Shown here in pieces: positions 1 through 13,400 of a stretch of 64,000 nt of DNA; within the stretch, counting starts at the first letter, position 1; the number at the start of each line of letters is the position of its first letter. Location of the stretch: contig CM022673.1 in NCBI GenBank assembly GCA_012295275.1, positions 4,340,001 through 4,404,000 on the forward strand, read 5' to 3'. This DNA is from Chrysomallon squamiferum (lineage: Eukaryota; Animalia; Mollusca). A program made the translations under genes and the position numbers. The notes beneath the pieces are model-generated. The model was not told the DNA's origin and did not search any database. It saw only the letters and a list, made by a program, of their open reading frames with translations.

Positions 1-86
1 ATACTATAGCTGGCTTTATTTTTGTCCTATTTAATTCTTTGTCATAAAATTTCGTATGTGATTCTTCTGTCTCCCGATATACTGCG

Positions 87-421
87 ATGAAAAAGAAATC
101 GAATGGTCTCTGTGCCATAGTTTTAAATTTCCTCGGTGGCATAGTGTTTGGAATTAGCATCGGTTTAGTGTATGTAGCTAACGAACCTCAAAGTATAAAT
201 TCATTTCATGCTGTTGGATCTCCAAATTTTCTCAGAGACATCTTCCAGTTTTCGAAACCCAAACCTCGAACCTTTGAAACACACAAAGGTAATTACTAAT
301 TCGTTAAGTTTTGTTTTTGTTATTTATTATATCGGTAGTCTTTTGCAATCATTTTGAACATTAATAATCTCACTGCTCGGTAAATCAATTAAATGTGTTT
401 GTTTTTTTAATTTGTTTTAAC

Positions 422-459
<38 letters not shown>

Positions 460-2561
460 TTTTTTTTTTTTTTTTTTTTTTTTAATGTATTAATTCAGTT
501 TGTATTGTATTATTTTATTTTATTCTATTTTCTTTTATTAATAGTACTATTATTAATGTTTATTTTTTATTAGTATTTTTTTTTTCTGTTATATGTACGT
601 ATGTATGTGGGATTTAGATATGTGCGTAAGTGGGTGTGTTTGTATGCGGGCTTGCGCGTTTGTGTGTATAGGTAAGAAAGATAAAAATATTTCTCAGTTT
701 TTACTGGAAGCAGGATAAATGGTTTGGCACCTGCACATTCAAAGCAAAAGGTAAAATGTTGATTTTGATAATACTGCTTTGTTCGTCACAGATGAAATGA
801 AAAATCACCAAGCAGAGCATAAAAATGTCAGAATTGTGTGTTGGATTCTGATAAAAGACGCCAAAGTCTTCGCCATCAACTCTAAGTTCGTCAACAGTAC
901 CTGGGGACGTAAGTGCAACAGAATGGTCTTCTTCGTTTCCGAATACAACTCCAGCCTTCCAGCAGTCGGTTTCGATAAAGAAATAAACGAAGGCCTCAAC
1001 AAGAGTTTTTCTATGACTGTTCTTGGGTTCCGATACGTTTTTAACAAGTATCTCAACGAAGCTGATTGGTTCCTTGGTGTGATTGGCAGCCAGTATTTCA
1101 TTATGGAAAATTTGCGTCATTTCCTTTCTCAGCTAGACTCCGCCCATCCGGGTTACTATGGGCATAAGCTGTGGTCATCGGCGAACGGCGGGATGGTCAT
1201 TGCTAGTCCGTATTCGGGAATAGTTTTGTCCAAAGCAGCTTTAAAAAGACTAGGCAATGAAGGATACAAAATAGAGGACTGCAATTACTACCCGTATGTC
1301 ACGGGTGAACTGTTTTCTAGATGTATGGAGCAGATCGGGGTGACTCTTATGGACACCGTCGACAACAAAGGAAAAAGTCGATTTCTAACGTCTTCATTGT
1401 CAAAACAGTTTGAACCTGATTATAAAATATATCTTTGCAACCATTCCTTTTGGAAAGATTTAGAGCCACTGAATTGCAAACAGGTTATTAACTGGGTTTT
1501 TATTTGTTTGTATGTTTGTTTAACAACTATTATTATTATTATTATTATTATTTTAATTAATGTATTAATTTATTTTTCATGATTAAAATTTACTATAATA
1601 TTAACACCGTGTGTTAGGTAGAAAAAAGAAAGGAATGAAAGAGGATTAATAATTGAAGCATTAGTTTTCTATAATTATGTCACCTCGTGCGATTATTGTT
1701 GTCATAGAAACAATAATAGTGACAGCCGCAGCAATAGTAGTAGTAGTTTAAATTAGAAAAAGAAGAAAAAAGAAATAATGAATCTTCTTTATCTGCCATC
1801 ATGTAGACACGAAAGCTAGCATTTTGAAACTCCTTTAGATGCAGCGTAAAGATGCAGCGGCCGGGAAGGGAAATAACTCTATGGACGCATCAAACAAAAT
1901 TAATTGGGCAAGTATATAACTAACAGCTGAACGATAGCGAGTTTCAAAATAATAATTATGATTATGACAATGACAAAAGTAACCGGATCTAGAATAATTT
2001 CAACAGCTATGTCTGCACTAACAACAGCTGGTTGACTAATATCGTTAAAAAAAACAAAAAAAACAACAACACATAAAAAACAAAACAAAAAAAACAACAA
2101 AAAACAAAACAAACAATACATGTATAAAAGCATACTCTAATCGTAAAACCTTACTAGCCCATATTTAGATAGAAAAATCAATATGTGCGTCTAATGCGCT
2201 CTAGTTTACTTTATTAAATTAAAATAATAAAAAGTTTTAAAAAAAGGAATAAAAGAAAAGCGTTTTACAAATAAGGCATAAATATATGGGTTTTTTCTTT
2301 CTTTCTTTTTCTATTTATTTATTTATTTGTAATAAATTACTAATCGAATGTGTAGCAGTAGTAGTAATATTATTTATTTATAATCAACACACACACACAC
2401 ACACACACACACTAATTTATCCATCTCTTTGTTATTTTTACTTATTTATTTTGCAGGCTGACCAGGCAGTAAGTTCTGAACTGATTTCATTTCATGAATT
2501 AAGCCCGCTGTATTATCCTGGTTACGACTATTTCATATACTCGCTGAAGTATAGTGAATAA
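87..2561 (+). CDS. GT31-family C1GALT1 (T-synthase)/COSMC-like type II membrane protein, probably catalytically inactive; 3 exons, 332 aa
   Basis: Exons 87..288, 792..1483 and 2457..2561 join in frame through GT-AG introns (phases 1, 0). There is an N-terminal signal anchor (CAIVLNFLGGIVFGISIGLVYVA). Family motifs are RIVCWIL, TWGRKCN, ADWFL..., ENLRHFL, GIVLSKAAL and C-terminal ISFH..P...YFIY. The DDD motif is replaced by GVIGS. Confidence 0.85.
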
Positions 2562-3194
2562 TACCACCGACCATGGACATTAAATAAAATAAATAAAATA
2601 AAATAAAATTATATACAAATTAGTCATTGTTGTTTTGTTTGTAGTTTCCAGTTACTTTAGATTTGAACATTTTAATATTGAAAGGATAGCATTTACCTTT
2701 ACCTTTGATAAACCATTCCGCCCAGGAACACTGTTTAGAACGGGAAATATACACAAGGCCCTTCGGAGGGGACTGGATTTCACCATATAACATTTTCTGA
2801 AGAGCAGATTATTCATATTCAGCTGTAAATGTTCTCTTTATCTTTTAATATAAATTTTTAATTAAGATCATTTTGTGAAACCAGATGATGGTAAACGGTT
2901 ACTTCATTTATTGCTTAATTATTACATTGTCAGACTTTGGTGTCGATGGGTGTACATTATGTGTTTCTGATACTATAAGATGGTTATCTTGGTGAAAACA
3001 AAAATGATTATTTATTTATTTATTTATTTATTTATATTATTTAAAATAGCTTGTATTTTTAAAAAGAAATCTGTTTTTTTTTTTCTTTTTCTTCGTCTTT
3101 CTTTATATATGTACATTCAAATAAGATTAGATAAATAAAAATTGAATAGAGAAATATATCAATAATGCAAGATGTACTAAAAGAAAAAAAAATA

Positions 3195-3256
<62 letters not shown>

Positions 3257-4662
3257 TGATGACAATGGTAATGAAAACTTCAATAATAATAATGAAATAA
3301 TGACAACAACAATAACAGTAATAATAACAAAAACAGTACCAAAAATACCAATATCTACAAGATGAAGAAGAGGAACAACTATAATATTTAAAAGATTTCT
3401 GCTATCAAACACAGCAACAACAACAACAACAACAACAATAACAAAAATAATAATCATAATAATAATAAACTAATTCCACAATATCAAAAAATCAAAGATA
3501 ACGATAAGGAAATGAACTGGCTGAATAGACTTTTATCATGACAGACACTCCCACCCGTTTACTTTGCTTATATATATATATATATATATACATATCTATT
3601 TTTAAGTTTACATTTAAGCCGTAGTTATAAAATATGACTGTCACACGTCACCTTATAGATAATGAGAAGGAGTCAACATTTTATCAGTAGTGGAGTAAGT
3701 TTGAGATTTCATTGTCAAAAAAGTTATGATAAAGTAGTCTGAGAGCATATGTCAAAAGTGATTAAGTTTTAAATATTGAATAAAGGTTCGTTTCTCTAAC
3801 AGGAATATTCCCGAATTTAAGAATATCGGTTGTACACATGTAGCACATATTTCAGTGTTGCTGATTTACTGTAGTTGTTGAGGTTGACGTAGTGCTAACA
3901 TTCGCTGTAGTCACTGTTCTTCAGCATAAACAAACCGAACAACGACACTAATTTATCTATTGGTTTATGTAAAGAGCTGGATTATGTGCGAGCCACACCA
4001 CTTTATGTAACAATGTAGGTCATTAAAAGGCGACCAGTGTTCACTGAAACAGTGACAAAATAAATGGTGCTTTGAATTTTAACCTCTGTTATGTATATGC
4101 ATGTGTGTGTGTTGTGCGGTGTAGTGTGTTTTTGTTTGTGTGTGGTTGCGTGTGGTGTGTGGGTGTAGTGTATATGTAAATATGTAATGCTTATTATTTG
4201 TGGAGCATGGAGAGACGGAAACCTTAAAAATATAAATCTGTTTAGAGAAATGGCGGATTACTTGTATTATCAATGGGAAACCTTAAGCGACGACATCCAT
4301 TTGCAAATACTTGCACAAGTTCTTATCCACACCTTTCGCGTACACATAATTTAACATTCAAAGCTGTTTTCGTCCCGAGCTGTTAAGATAATCTGTATCT
4401 TAACTTGTCGTATATACACAAACATCTCCTCTGTGAACTCCAGTCCTGTATTGAAATCAAAACGTGCATCATTTAACAACACAGAATTAAAGTTCTACGG
4501 TTAAGTGCATGATTATAACAATCATTGTTAAATAAATATATAAAATGTATCACAGAGCCTCGCGATTAATAGGTTAGTTTTGCAGGATACGATCACTAGA
4601 CCTGAAAATTGTAAGTTAAATATCTTAACCATTCTGCCATTTGACTGACAGTACTGACTAGA

Positions 4663-4866
4663 TTCAACGACTGAAGATTATAAGATAACAGTATATTATA
4701 TTTTATTGTTATTAATTCACAGACATTTACAAAGAGAGAGCTGATAACGAACAGTTGTATTGACAAGGTTCAACGACTGAAGATTATAAAATAATAGTAT
4801 ATTATATTTTATGGTTATAAAACTTAGAGACATTTACAAAGAGAGCGTTGGGAATGAACATTTGTA
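4663..4866. repeat. Diverged ~107-bp tandem duplication (intergenic)
   Basis: ttcaacgactgaagattata...gacatttacaaagagag... starts at ~4663 and again at ~4770. Confidence 0.85.
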
Positions 4867-5630
4867 AGATGTGGTCTTTTTAGAGGTTTTTAAATTTTCT
4901 TTTCTTGTTGTTGTAACGTGTGTGTATGTGTATATCTCAGAGTTCATATATATAACAAAAGACATTTGTATAAGGAAAACACGAGCTTATAATTCCATGT
5001 GTGTGTGCGTGCATACATTAGCGTGTATAGGATTGTTTTTTATATTACTCGTATCAGTGTATGTTTTCACAGCAAGTCTTATTTTTTATTTCAAATTTAT
5101 TTATTTATCATTATCATCATCATCATCACTGCTCTTACTTTTTTTTGTTGGTGTTTTTTTTATTTTATTTGTTACGTTTTTTAAGGCTGATAATCATGTC
5201 ATGATTGAAAGTACATTACAGCAAGATATATATCACTGTAATAAAAAAGAAAAGAAGAAAAACGAGAGAATTATGAAGATAAACACAGAGACGGAATAGG
5301 ATACTTAATGTATATTTATATTTTATTTCGGGACAGCAGGTGGGCGGAAGTGAACCAGTCGCAGTGAATTTAGTCACAGTGTGTCATAATGTACAGACAC
5401 GAGATAAATAAAAAATAAATAAAAAAAATAAAAAAATAAACGATTTTTATTTTTTTAAATTATATGAACCTTATTATCCTTAATTTGCTATCAGTATATG
5501 AAGATTTTTAAAGTTATAATTGATTAACAAACAATAATCATATAATTTAATGCACATTACGTTTTAGTTTTTAATTTATTTATTTATTTAATTATTTATT
5601 TTATTTAATTTTATTATTTATTTATTTATT

Positions 5631-5760
<130 letters not shown>

Positions 5761-6111
5761 CTCTTGATATTTGTTTAGTTTCATTTACACAGATTAATTA
5801 CAACGATCCGCATTGCCAGGGATTTGTGCCTCCCAGACATACGAATGGTAACTCACCAAGCGTTTTGTTTATTAATATTAAACTTTATTTGAGGAAAACA
5901 AAAACGTGAAATTTGTGTAAAGTATTCTTTATTTAACATAATGTAAATATAATCGATAACAGTTTGGAATTTTGTACGTAAATAAAGTGATAGACAGGAA
6001 TATTAGCAGATGCATGTAGATTTTGATTTTATTTGTACATGCATATAACGGAGAGACAGACGGAAAGGCGACAAGATACAAATACAAACGTAATTTTAAT
6101 TTTGCTTATTG

Positions 6112-6164
<53 letters not shown>

Positions 6165-6391
6165 TATATAATATATACATTGATTAAAACAATAATAAAT
6201 GACTATAATTTGTGAAATAATAGAAATTACGGACATCTAAAAGAAACACTTACACAAAGGCCTTTTAACATACTCCTGCAGGAAGCACCCACATACAAAC
6301 AGCCACACGCTAAAGAAAAGAACAGACGCGGCACACACATGCAATGATAAAACACATTCTATGAAAAAAAAATAGCACTCTATTTGAAGAA

Positions 6392-7909
6392 CTAAACGAA
6401 AGAAAACATATCTTTCACCTTTTTAAATTCACTTGTCTCATTTGGCTTATAGTTATTGTGTATCTGTTTGAGTGTGTGTTCTGTGTGTGAAATTAAAGAA
6501 TGCATGTACTTCAAAGCCATAGTATCTTCCTTGAAATTTTCACAGTTCATGCCGTAATTAGTCTCACACTTTCTGTAATGATGCAACAACGCGAGCTCAG
6601 AGTCCACGTTTAAATTAACAAACACATCGTCTATCGGTTTGCTAAGATGATGAATTCCCAGTTCGAAGACTTTTTGAGGATTTACCAACATTTTGGTTCT
6701 AATATTGCTAACATCCGTTGTGCGCTTTGTATTGTTCTGCGAAACGAATAAGTTGAAATTTTGAGGAAATTCTGAATGTTTTGTTCGTGCTTCCGACAGC
6801 TCGAAATAGGCGCTCATGAAACGATAAACTGCAACCTCGTCTGGCGAACGGTTTGAATTGGCGTGGATGTTCTCTATCATTTCCTCCCAGTTATCATTCT
6901 TGTGAGGTATGATGAATTCGTCGATGTCGTTAAAGGCTACCAAGTTATATCTGAACATACTTCGAAACAGACAATCAGATATAGCAGCAGACTGTCCTTT
7001 GTACCAAACCTCGTTTTCTACTGGAAGTTTCCACGGCAGAACCGTCGCTAGTCCTATACGTTCGTAAAAACGTAACACAGTTTTTATAGCGGGGGGCAAC
7101 TCTGTCGCGTAAAAAATAAAATGATTACTACCCAGCAGTCTCGATAATTCGATGAATTCAACAAAACGTAAAACATTAAGTTCACCAAAAAGTGGAGGTA
7201 CACATAATGCCATCTTAAAATCCGTTATCGCTGTTTTCATCATGTTGTTCAAGAAAGGAAGCGTTATTCCAGAGAACTGATGTTTATTCGCGTTTGGATT
7301 CTCAATAGTGATGTTGTTTACTTCAGCAGACAAATAATCCTCCTCTACTTCCTTTGGTATCGGACATGACATAATATAAAATGAAAACGGCATAATATGA
7401 CTTTCACATGTTTCATAATAAATTAATTCCGTTCGATATTGCTCCTGTTGTGTTCTTCCAAAACGACAGAAAAATCCAGAAGCTGTCTTGTGATAATTCC
7501 CTGGACCAATTGCAATTAATCTGATATAACTGACGTTTTTCCTGCTGTCTGCAAAAGCTGAGTAGACAAAATGTCTGTGAGAGATCCGTACAAAATTAGA
7601 GTTCAGTTTACTAATGCGCCTGCTGTCGTCTGGTGAATCATATTCAGTGTCGTCAACGTGGTATTCGGAATTCTGTTTGCTGTCGTCAACGTGGTATTCG
7701 GAATTCTGTTTGCTGCTGTCGACACGGCGAGTAGACGAAAAGTTCCTGGAAGTGGTAACGTCTACTAGATGTTTTTCGTGTTGGTGTATAACTCCAGTTT
7801 TGTAATCGTCTGTGTACGGATTTACTCGTAAAATACTGAGAATCGTTATAACACAGCAAATGTAGAGAAACAAGCCCAAAACCAGAAGGTATCTCAGATT
7901 TTTCAGCAT
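6392..7909 (-). CDS. Glycosyltransferase family 92 (DUF23; GALT-1-like beta-1,4-galactosyltransferase), single coding exon, 505 aa
   Basis: Uninterrupted ORF with an N-terminal TM anchor. GT92 motifs are VYSAFAD, ALCVPPLFG, FVEFIELSRLLG..HFIFY, WYKGQSAAISDCLFR, AFNDIDEFI (DxD), KMLVNP...GIHH and LLHHYR. Confidence 0.9.
   Translation of the reverse strand: MLKNLRYLLVLGLFLYICCVITILSILRVNPYTDDYKTGVIHQHEKHLVDVTTSRNFSSTRRVDSSKQNSEYHVDDSKQNSEYHVDDTEYDSPDDSRRISKLNSNFVRISHRHFVYSAFADSRKNVSYIRLIAIGPGNYHKTASGFFCRFGRTQQEQYRTELIYYETCESHIMPFSFYIMSCPIPKEVEEDYLSAEVNNITIENPNANKHQFSGITLPFLNNMMKTAITDFKMALCVPPLFGELNVLRFVEFIELSRLLGSNHFIFYATELPPAIKTVLRFYERIGLATVLPWKLPVENEVWYKGQSAAISDCLFRSMFRYNLVAFNDIDEFIIPHKNDNWEEMIENIHANSNRSPDEVAVYRFMSAYFELSEARTKHSEFPQNFNLFVSQNNTKRTTDVSNIRTKMLVNPQKVFELGIHHLSKPIDDVFVNLNVDSELALLHHYRKCETNYGMNCENFKEDTMALKYMHSLISHTEHTLKQIHNNYKPNETSEFKKVKDMFSFV
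7648..7713. repeat. Perfect 33-bp tandem duplication inside the GT92 stem region
   Basis: tgtcgtcaacgtggtattcggaattctgtttgc occurs at 7648..7680 and 7681..7713. It encodes SKQNSEYHVDD twice. Confidence 0.95.
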
Positions 7910-8548
7910 TTTGGAAATAAAAATATTACAGCAAAGTACATAGATATGTTTATAAAAATACGAAAATATTTGCTATGTTATTAATTTGTACACTTCTAGT
8001 CATCTAGTAATTTCCCTCTATGTATGTCTGTTCATCTTCTTTTGTTTTTCTTTCTTACTTTCTTCTTTTTTCTTTTTTTTTTTTCTTTTTCTTTTTTTTT
8101 TTTTTTTTTTTTTTCAAAAAAAGTTATTATCAATTGTCTCTTGATATCACAGATTTTGCGTCTGACACAAATTCGCTATCACTGGATTTCTTGGTTGCTA
8201 TTGTCGTTTTCCATTAACAGGCAGACACTTTTTAAATATACCAGTATTTAATCCTCGTATAGAAACTGTGTACGCACTTTCCTTGGAAGATCACTGAAAA
8301 TAAACAAATTTTGTTTTAAAAGTTCTTAACCACAGTTGATGAAACAGCGCTGCACGTCGAAAGGTTACCTTAACCGCTTTCAAACAGACACACAAACAAT
8401 CCGGGTAGAGAGTACTGTCCTCAAAACAAATGTTGTATACCTTTCCAGTCTGCCGGTATTAGCTGATTAATGTTTGTTTTAGCGACCGGAATAAAATAGC
8501 TTCAACAATAAAAAGAGAAAAGTCACAAATCTTGAAAGAAGGAAATGT

Positions 8549-8585
<37 letters not shown>

Positions 8586-9777
8586 GAAATTAAAATTAAA
8601 TAAATAAATAAGCACTAAAAGAAAAAGGATCCTTTGATTTTTTTTTCCCTGTTCACTTAACTCTTTTGCTCCACAGTGCTTCTTAATCAGTTATTCAGGT
8701 GAGCCCATTGTTGGTCGTAATATGTCAATAAATCACTAACACGAGTGTGAAGCCTCTGGTAAAACAAACTTATTCTCACATATAAGTTACTGTCTCGATT
8801 TCACTGTATTTTTTATTAGCTTTATACAAAAAAAAAAAAAAAAAAAATAAGAGAAGTAAAAATTAAACTAAATATCGAAAGTTGCATTTTCAAAACAAAA
8901 AGAAGAAAAACAGGCGTGGAAAGAACCCGCACGAACTTAATCACAACGAGGTAGCGATGACAGTGGTGTTCATATGTGCATATTTCAATCTTTGTACCCC
9001 TGATCCACATGATACACAATACTTGATTGATAAAAATAACTGTAACAGTGACGACGCGATTCAGTATTAATATATACAAAAAGTTATTAAGAATTTCACA
9101 CAAAACCGGAGATGAATTATATATATATGTACGCAAATGAAAGGAAAATATATTGTTATTGGATTCCTTTATTGCCTTCGAGCTTTTTAAACAGACAGCT
9201 GTGACCACTGATAATTTAGAAGCCTCTCTTGTTTGTAAATCGCATACATTTACATATGCAGATAACCCTTTCGACACCAGGTGACAGAGCTGTTTCAATC
9301 ATTATCAGTACTGACTTAAAACATACGAAATAAAGACTTCGGGTCATATAATTTATATATATTCATATGTATCTTTGTTTATTTAAGGTCCAATGTCGTT
9401 AGTTTAAAATACAATCTAATACATACCAGTTTAATATGCACGAATAATCCTCTGTATATGCACATGCTGTCGTTTTATTACCACATTAAATAAATAAACT
9501 GTTTCAAAATAACATTCATACGTCAGTAGTGCATGACGCTTCACATATTTTAACCTGATATTTCGAATATATCTTGTCGCATATGTTATCTGATGTTCGA
9601 AGTGGATTGTTTTTTTGTTGTTTTTTGTTTGTTTGTTTGTTGTTGTTGTTGTTGTTTTTGCTTTTTTTTTATTTATTTATTTTTATATGTATATATTTCA
9701 TTTATAATGGTCTCCTAAATCCGGAAATTTTCATTATATTTATATTAAATTTATTTATTTATTTATCTATTTTATTT

Positions 9778-9812
<35 letters not shown>

Positions 9813-10476
9813 CATATATTTATTTATATATTTATCCTCTTCTTCTTCTTCTTCTTCTTCTTCTTATTATTATTATTATTTATACTTGAAACGTTTAATA
9901 AATTGTTACTCTTTAAATTTTAACTGTTTTAAAGTCCACAAGAACTTAGCATTACGTAATCATTCTGACGTAACAGTGTGTTACTATAAATATATATAAT
10001 GCAAGAGATCGCCGTAATTATATACAAGATCTATTAACATTTCTGTAAGTGTTAGGTCCATAATTCAAAGATCTAACTCGTCTAATATTAATATTTAATT
10101 TAATTTTAATTTTAATTTATTTATTTTTGTATTCTTCTAAACACAGGTCAGAAAACTGAAAACCAATAAGTTGAATAACTTTAAACGTATTATGGTCTAA
10201 AATATTCATGCCAGTCAGTGCTATAGGTTATTATTATCGTGTTGCTGCTGCTGTGTCTGTCAAAGAATATAATATATATATATATATATAGCAATAATAC
10301 TAACAGAAAAAGTAGTAACAACAACTACATATATATGTCAGAATGATTATCCGTCCCGAGGCCACCCAAACAACATTATCAAAATTGTATCTTAATAATA
10401 CTTACAACTCTTAATTGGTCTTATTCTGTATTGGAGCGTTTGTTCCGAAGAAGGAAAGTAAGAAAGATTATACAAA

Positions 10477-13400
10477 ATGGCAGACGAATCACTAAGTGTG
10501 GAAAACGTATCAAAACTTAAGGTATATTTAGTTGCTAACATTGAATTGGTACATTTTAAGTTATTTAAAATTTACAGAAAATATGACAGTAGATAAGTAC
10601 ATATCTACTTAATATTCGAATATTATCTTGTACGCAATACGTTTCCAGGGTGACTGGGTCTTTTGGATTTTGAACATTCTCAGATTCTGATTCTCATTAC
10701 GAAATTATTTTTAAAATTATAAATAATAATAATGAAAATAAATATATAAACAAATTTGCCTCTTCTATTATAAATGGCACATTTATAAATATTCGTACTA
10801 AAACGAGTAATAGATAGTAATCGCCATAATTATAGTAATTATGATACATTGACGATCTGTTCACACTGTTGACTGTTGTGTTGATCAATATCTCAATCTG
10901 GTTTTTCATTTAGCCGATTACTGCTAAAATGAAATTAGGTTTATATCTAAAACTTGTGTAAATATAATAAATTATGTGATATAATGTGATGAAATATTAC
11001 ATTTATATAAATATAAGTTAAAATGCTTAAGAAATCTATTTTATTATATATTTCATTATTAGACCTTGTCCAAAAATCTATATAGATAATCATTTTGCCC
11101 CATGAGTTTTAGTGAATTTATATATTAAATTATTGGTTTTAAAATTTAATGTGTTGTGTACCTTTAGTGAATGCTGATACCAGTGCAACAGCAGTAATGA
11201 ATAGTGACTTCCCCTGTACTTGAAATGATCACTTAAGCATTCTCAATAATTAAATTATATTACAGGCTTTAGTTTTACTGATAATGATATGTTTTCATTT
11301 AGCCAGTGCTATACCTGCATATTCTCTCCTTTACGTAATTACATTTTTTGGCAATTACTTGGTGATTCTGACCTTAGTGATGAAGAAGTTAAAACACCAT
11401 AAAAAAAAACTATCACTAGAGAAAAAAGTAGCACTTAATCACAGTCTTGTTCCTCCTAATGGCTAATTACAATGGGGGTGGGGGAAGATTTTCAGATTTA
11501 ATAAATATAATTAAATAAAATATTGGTTTTTATCTTTTATATATATAAATATGGATTGGTTGGAGTGATTATATATTTTTTGATCAACCGTGATGACATC
11601 CATTGTAAATTATTAGCAGTTTTTACTTGTTTTTATTTATTTATTTATTATAATTATTTTTGCATGGAGGTGAGAAGCAGGTAAGAGTGAAATAGTTGAT
11701 CTGACATGAAAAGAACTGAGCAAGTAAAATCAGTTGGACCTTAAGAAGTGTCTTTAATAAACAGTAAGTGTATTAACTGGAAAATGGCTTCCAAAGTGAA
11801 TTTGTGAATCAGGTCACTATGAAAACTGAAAATGCTATGTTCTTGCATCGTTTGTTTATAAACCAAAATAAGTGCAGCAGATCAGGAGTTTTCCTTCATT
11901 TTGTCTTTGAGTGTCATTCTTAAATATAATTATTTAGTTTTAATTATTTGCCTTTCATACATAGGTACATGTGTACAGGTAAAACAAATTCGTAAACTAA
12001 AAAAGTTCAGCAAGTTTTGGTAAATGACTGTTGCTTCCAAATAAATAAAAATGAAATGATAAAACTTGGTTAGTTGCATGTGCCCAGCCGCTTTGGGGAA
12101 TGAAAAGAACACCATTTGTCATATCGCATGCAGCTATGTTTATTGCATGCTGTCACAGATATGCATTCAATATGGATGTAATGAAATCACATTTTGATGC
12201 ACTGAACCAACATTATCCAAAAACAAAAAGAAGAAAAACTACATCATGAAGCAATGGGACAGCTTAACGCTGGCCAGTGTGTACAAGATGTCACTCAGTA
12301 CTTTCATGTTCATGACAGTACCATATCATGACTCTGAAAATGCATACACCAAGCTGGGCAAGTGTGAGATCAACCATGTTCTGGTAGACCACAATTAACT
12401 ACTCCAAGGAAGGATAGGTATTTAGTGACGTCATCTCAACAACACAGGTTCAAAGTGCTCCATGTTTACCCCATACTTTGCAGCAAACCACAGCCACTAG
12501 AACTCATGCTGAAACTGTCTGTAGCCATCTCCATGCTGCTGGATTACAGGAACGTCACCCTGTTGTAACTGTTCTCGTGACAGCATGTCACCTTCAGGAA
12601 CATCTGAGATGGGCCAGAACTGGCGATGCAGACAATGGGATCAGACATTATTAACCGATGAATCCAGGTTTTGTGTTCAGTTTGAAGGTGATGGGGAGAA
12701 CGATATGGTGCACATGTCATTCAGCATGACCAATATGGTGGTGGCAGCATCATGGTCTTGGCTGGCATTCATGGTAGAGGTGAAACAGATCTCGTTTTCA
12801 TTCATGGAAACATGACTGTTCAATGTTATTGCGATGAGACCATTGCACCAGTGGTTATTCCAGTTTTACAGCAGGATGTCTGTTTAAACATTACAACACT
12901 AGACCACATACTGCTTGGCTAACTACTAATCTTGATTGGAACCACATCCAAATGTTGAACTGACCACCAAAGTCTCCTGTCTTGTCCCCAATTGAGTGTG
13001 CATGGGTCCCACTGGGCTGCAGGGTACGGAAAATTAATGCTGTCATTAGAAGCATGAGATAACAATGTACTGCTGTCATTAATGTTGCTGGTGCACACAC
13101 ACACAATATTGAGCCTCCCTCACCATTTTGGTAGATGTACCCCTCCATTTCATCAGTTGTCATTAAAGTAATGACATTGATACTGTGACATGTTACTGCT
13201 GGCTACATTCAGAAATGCTGTATCAGTGAAATAATGTGTACAAATAAATTCAGGTTGTCTGTTATGTTATACATAATAACTGTTAAACGTGTTTGGCACA
13301 GTTTGGTGTTTTTATAAGCCTATGGCATGATGAAAAACTTCAAATAAAAGTTTTTGGAAAGAAACCTCCAAACCAACTGATTAAATATACTCCATCTATT

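Noticed and set aside
701-1120. Antisense ORFs overlapping real exons (also 48583..49015, 50108..50332, 51210..53007)
   Set aside because: Shadow frames of genuine coding exons with no recognisable motifs.
3059-3457. Low-complexity ORFs (poly-L/N/I/Y, ER, SL, CV, YI repeats) here and throughout the track
   Set aside because: They are translations of (AAT)n, (GA)n, (GT)n and (AT)n microsatellites with no coding signal.
13325-13382. Possible box C/D snoRNA (ATGATGA ... CTGA) in SARNP intron 1
   Set aside because: It is only ~55 nt, has no terminal stem and no recognisable rRNA guide, and abuts the transposon end. A snoscan/Rfam search would be needed.
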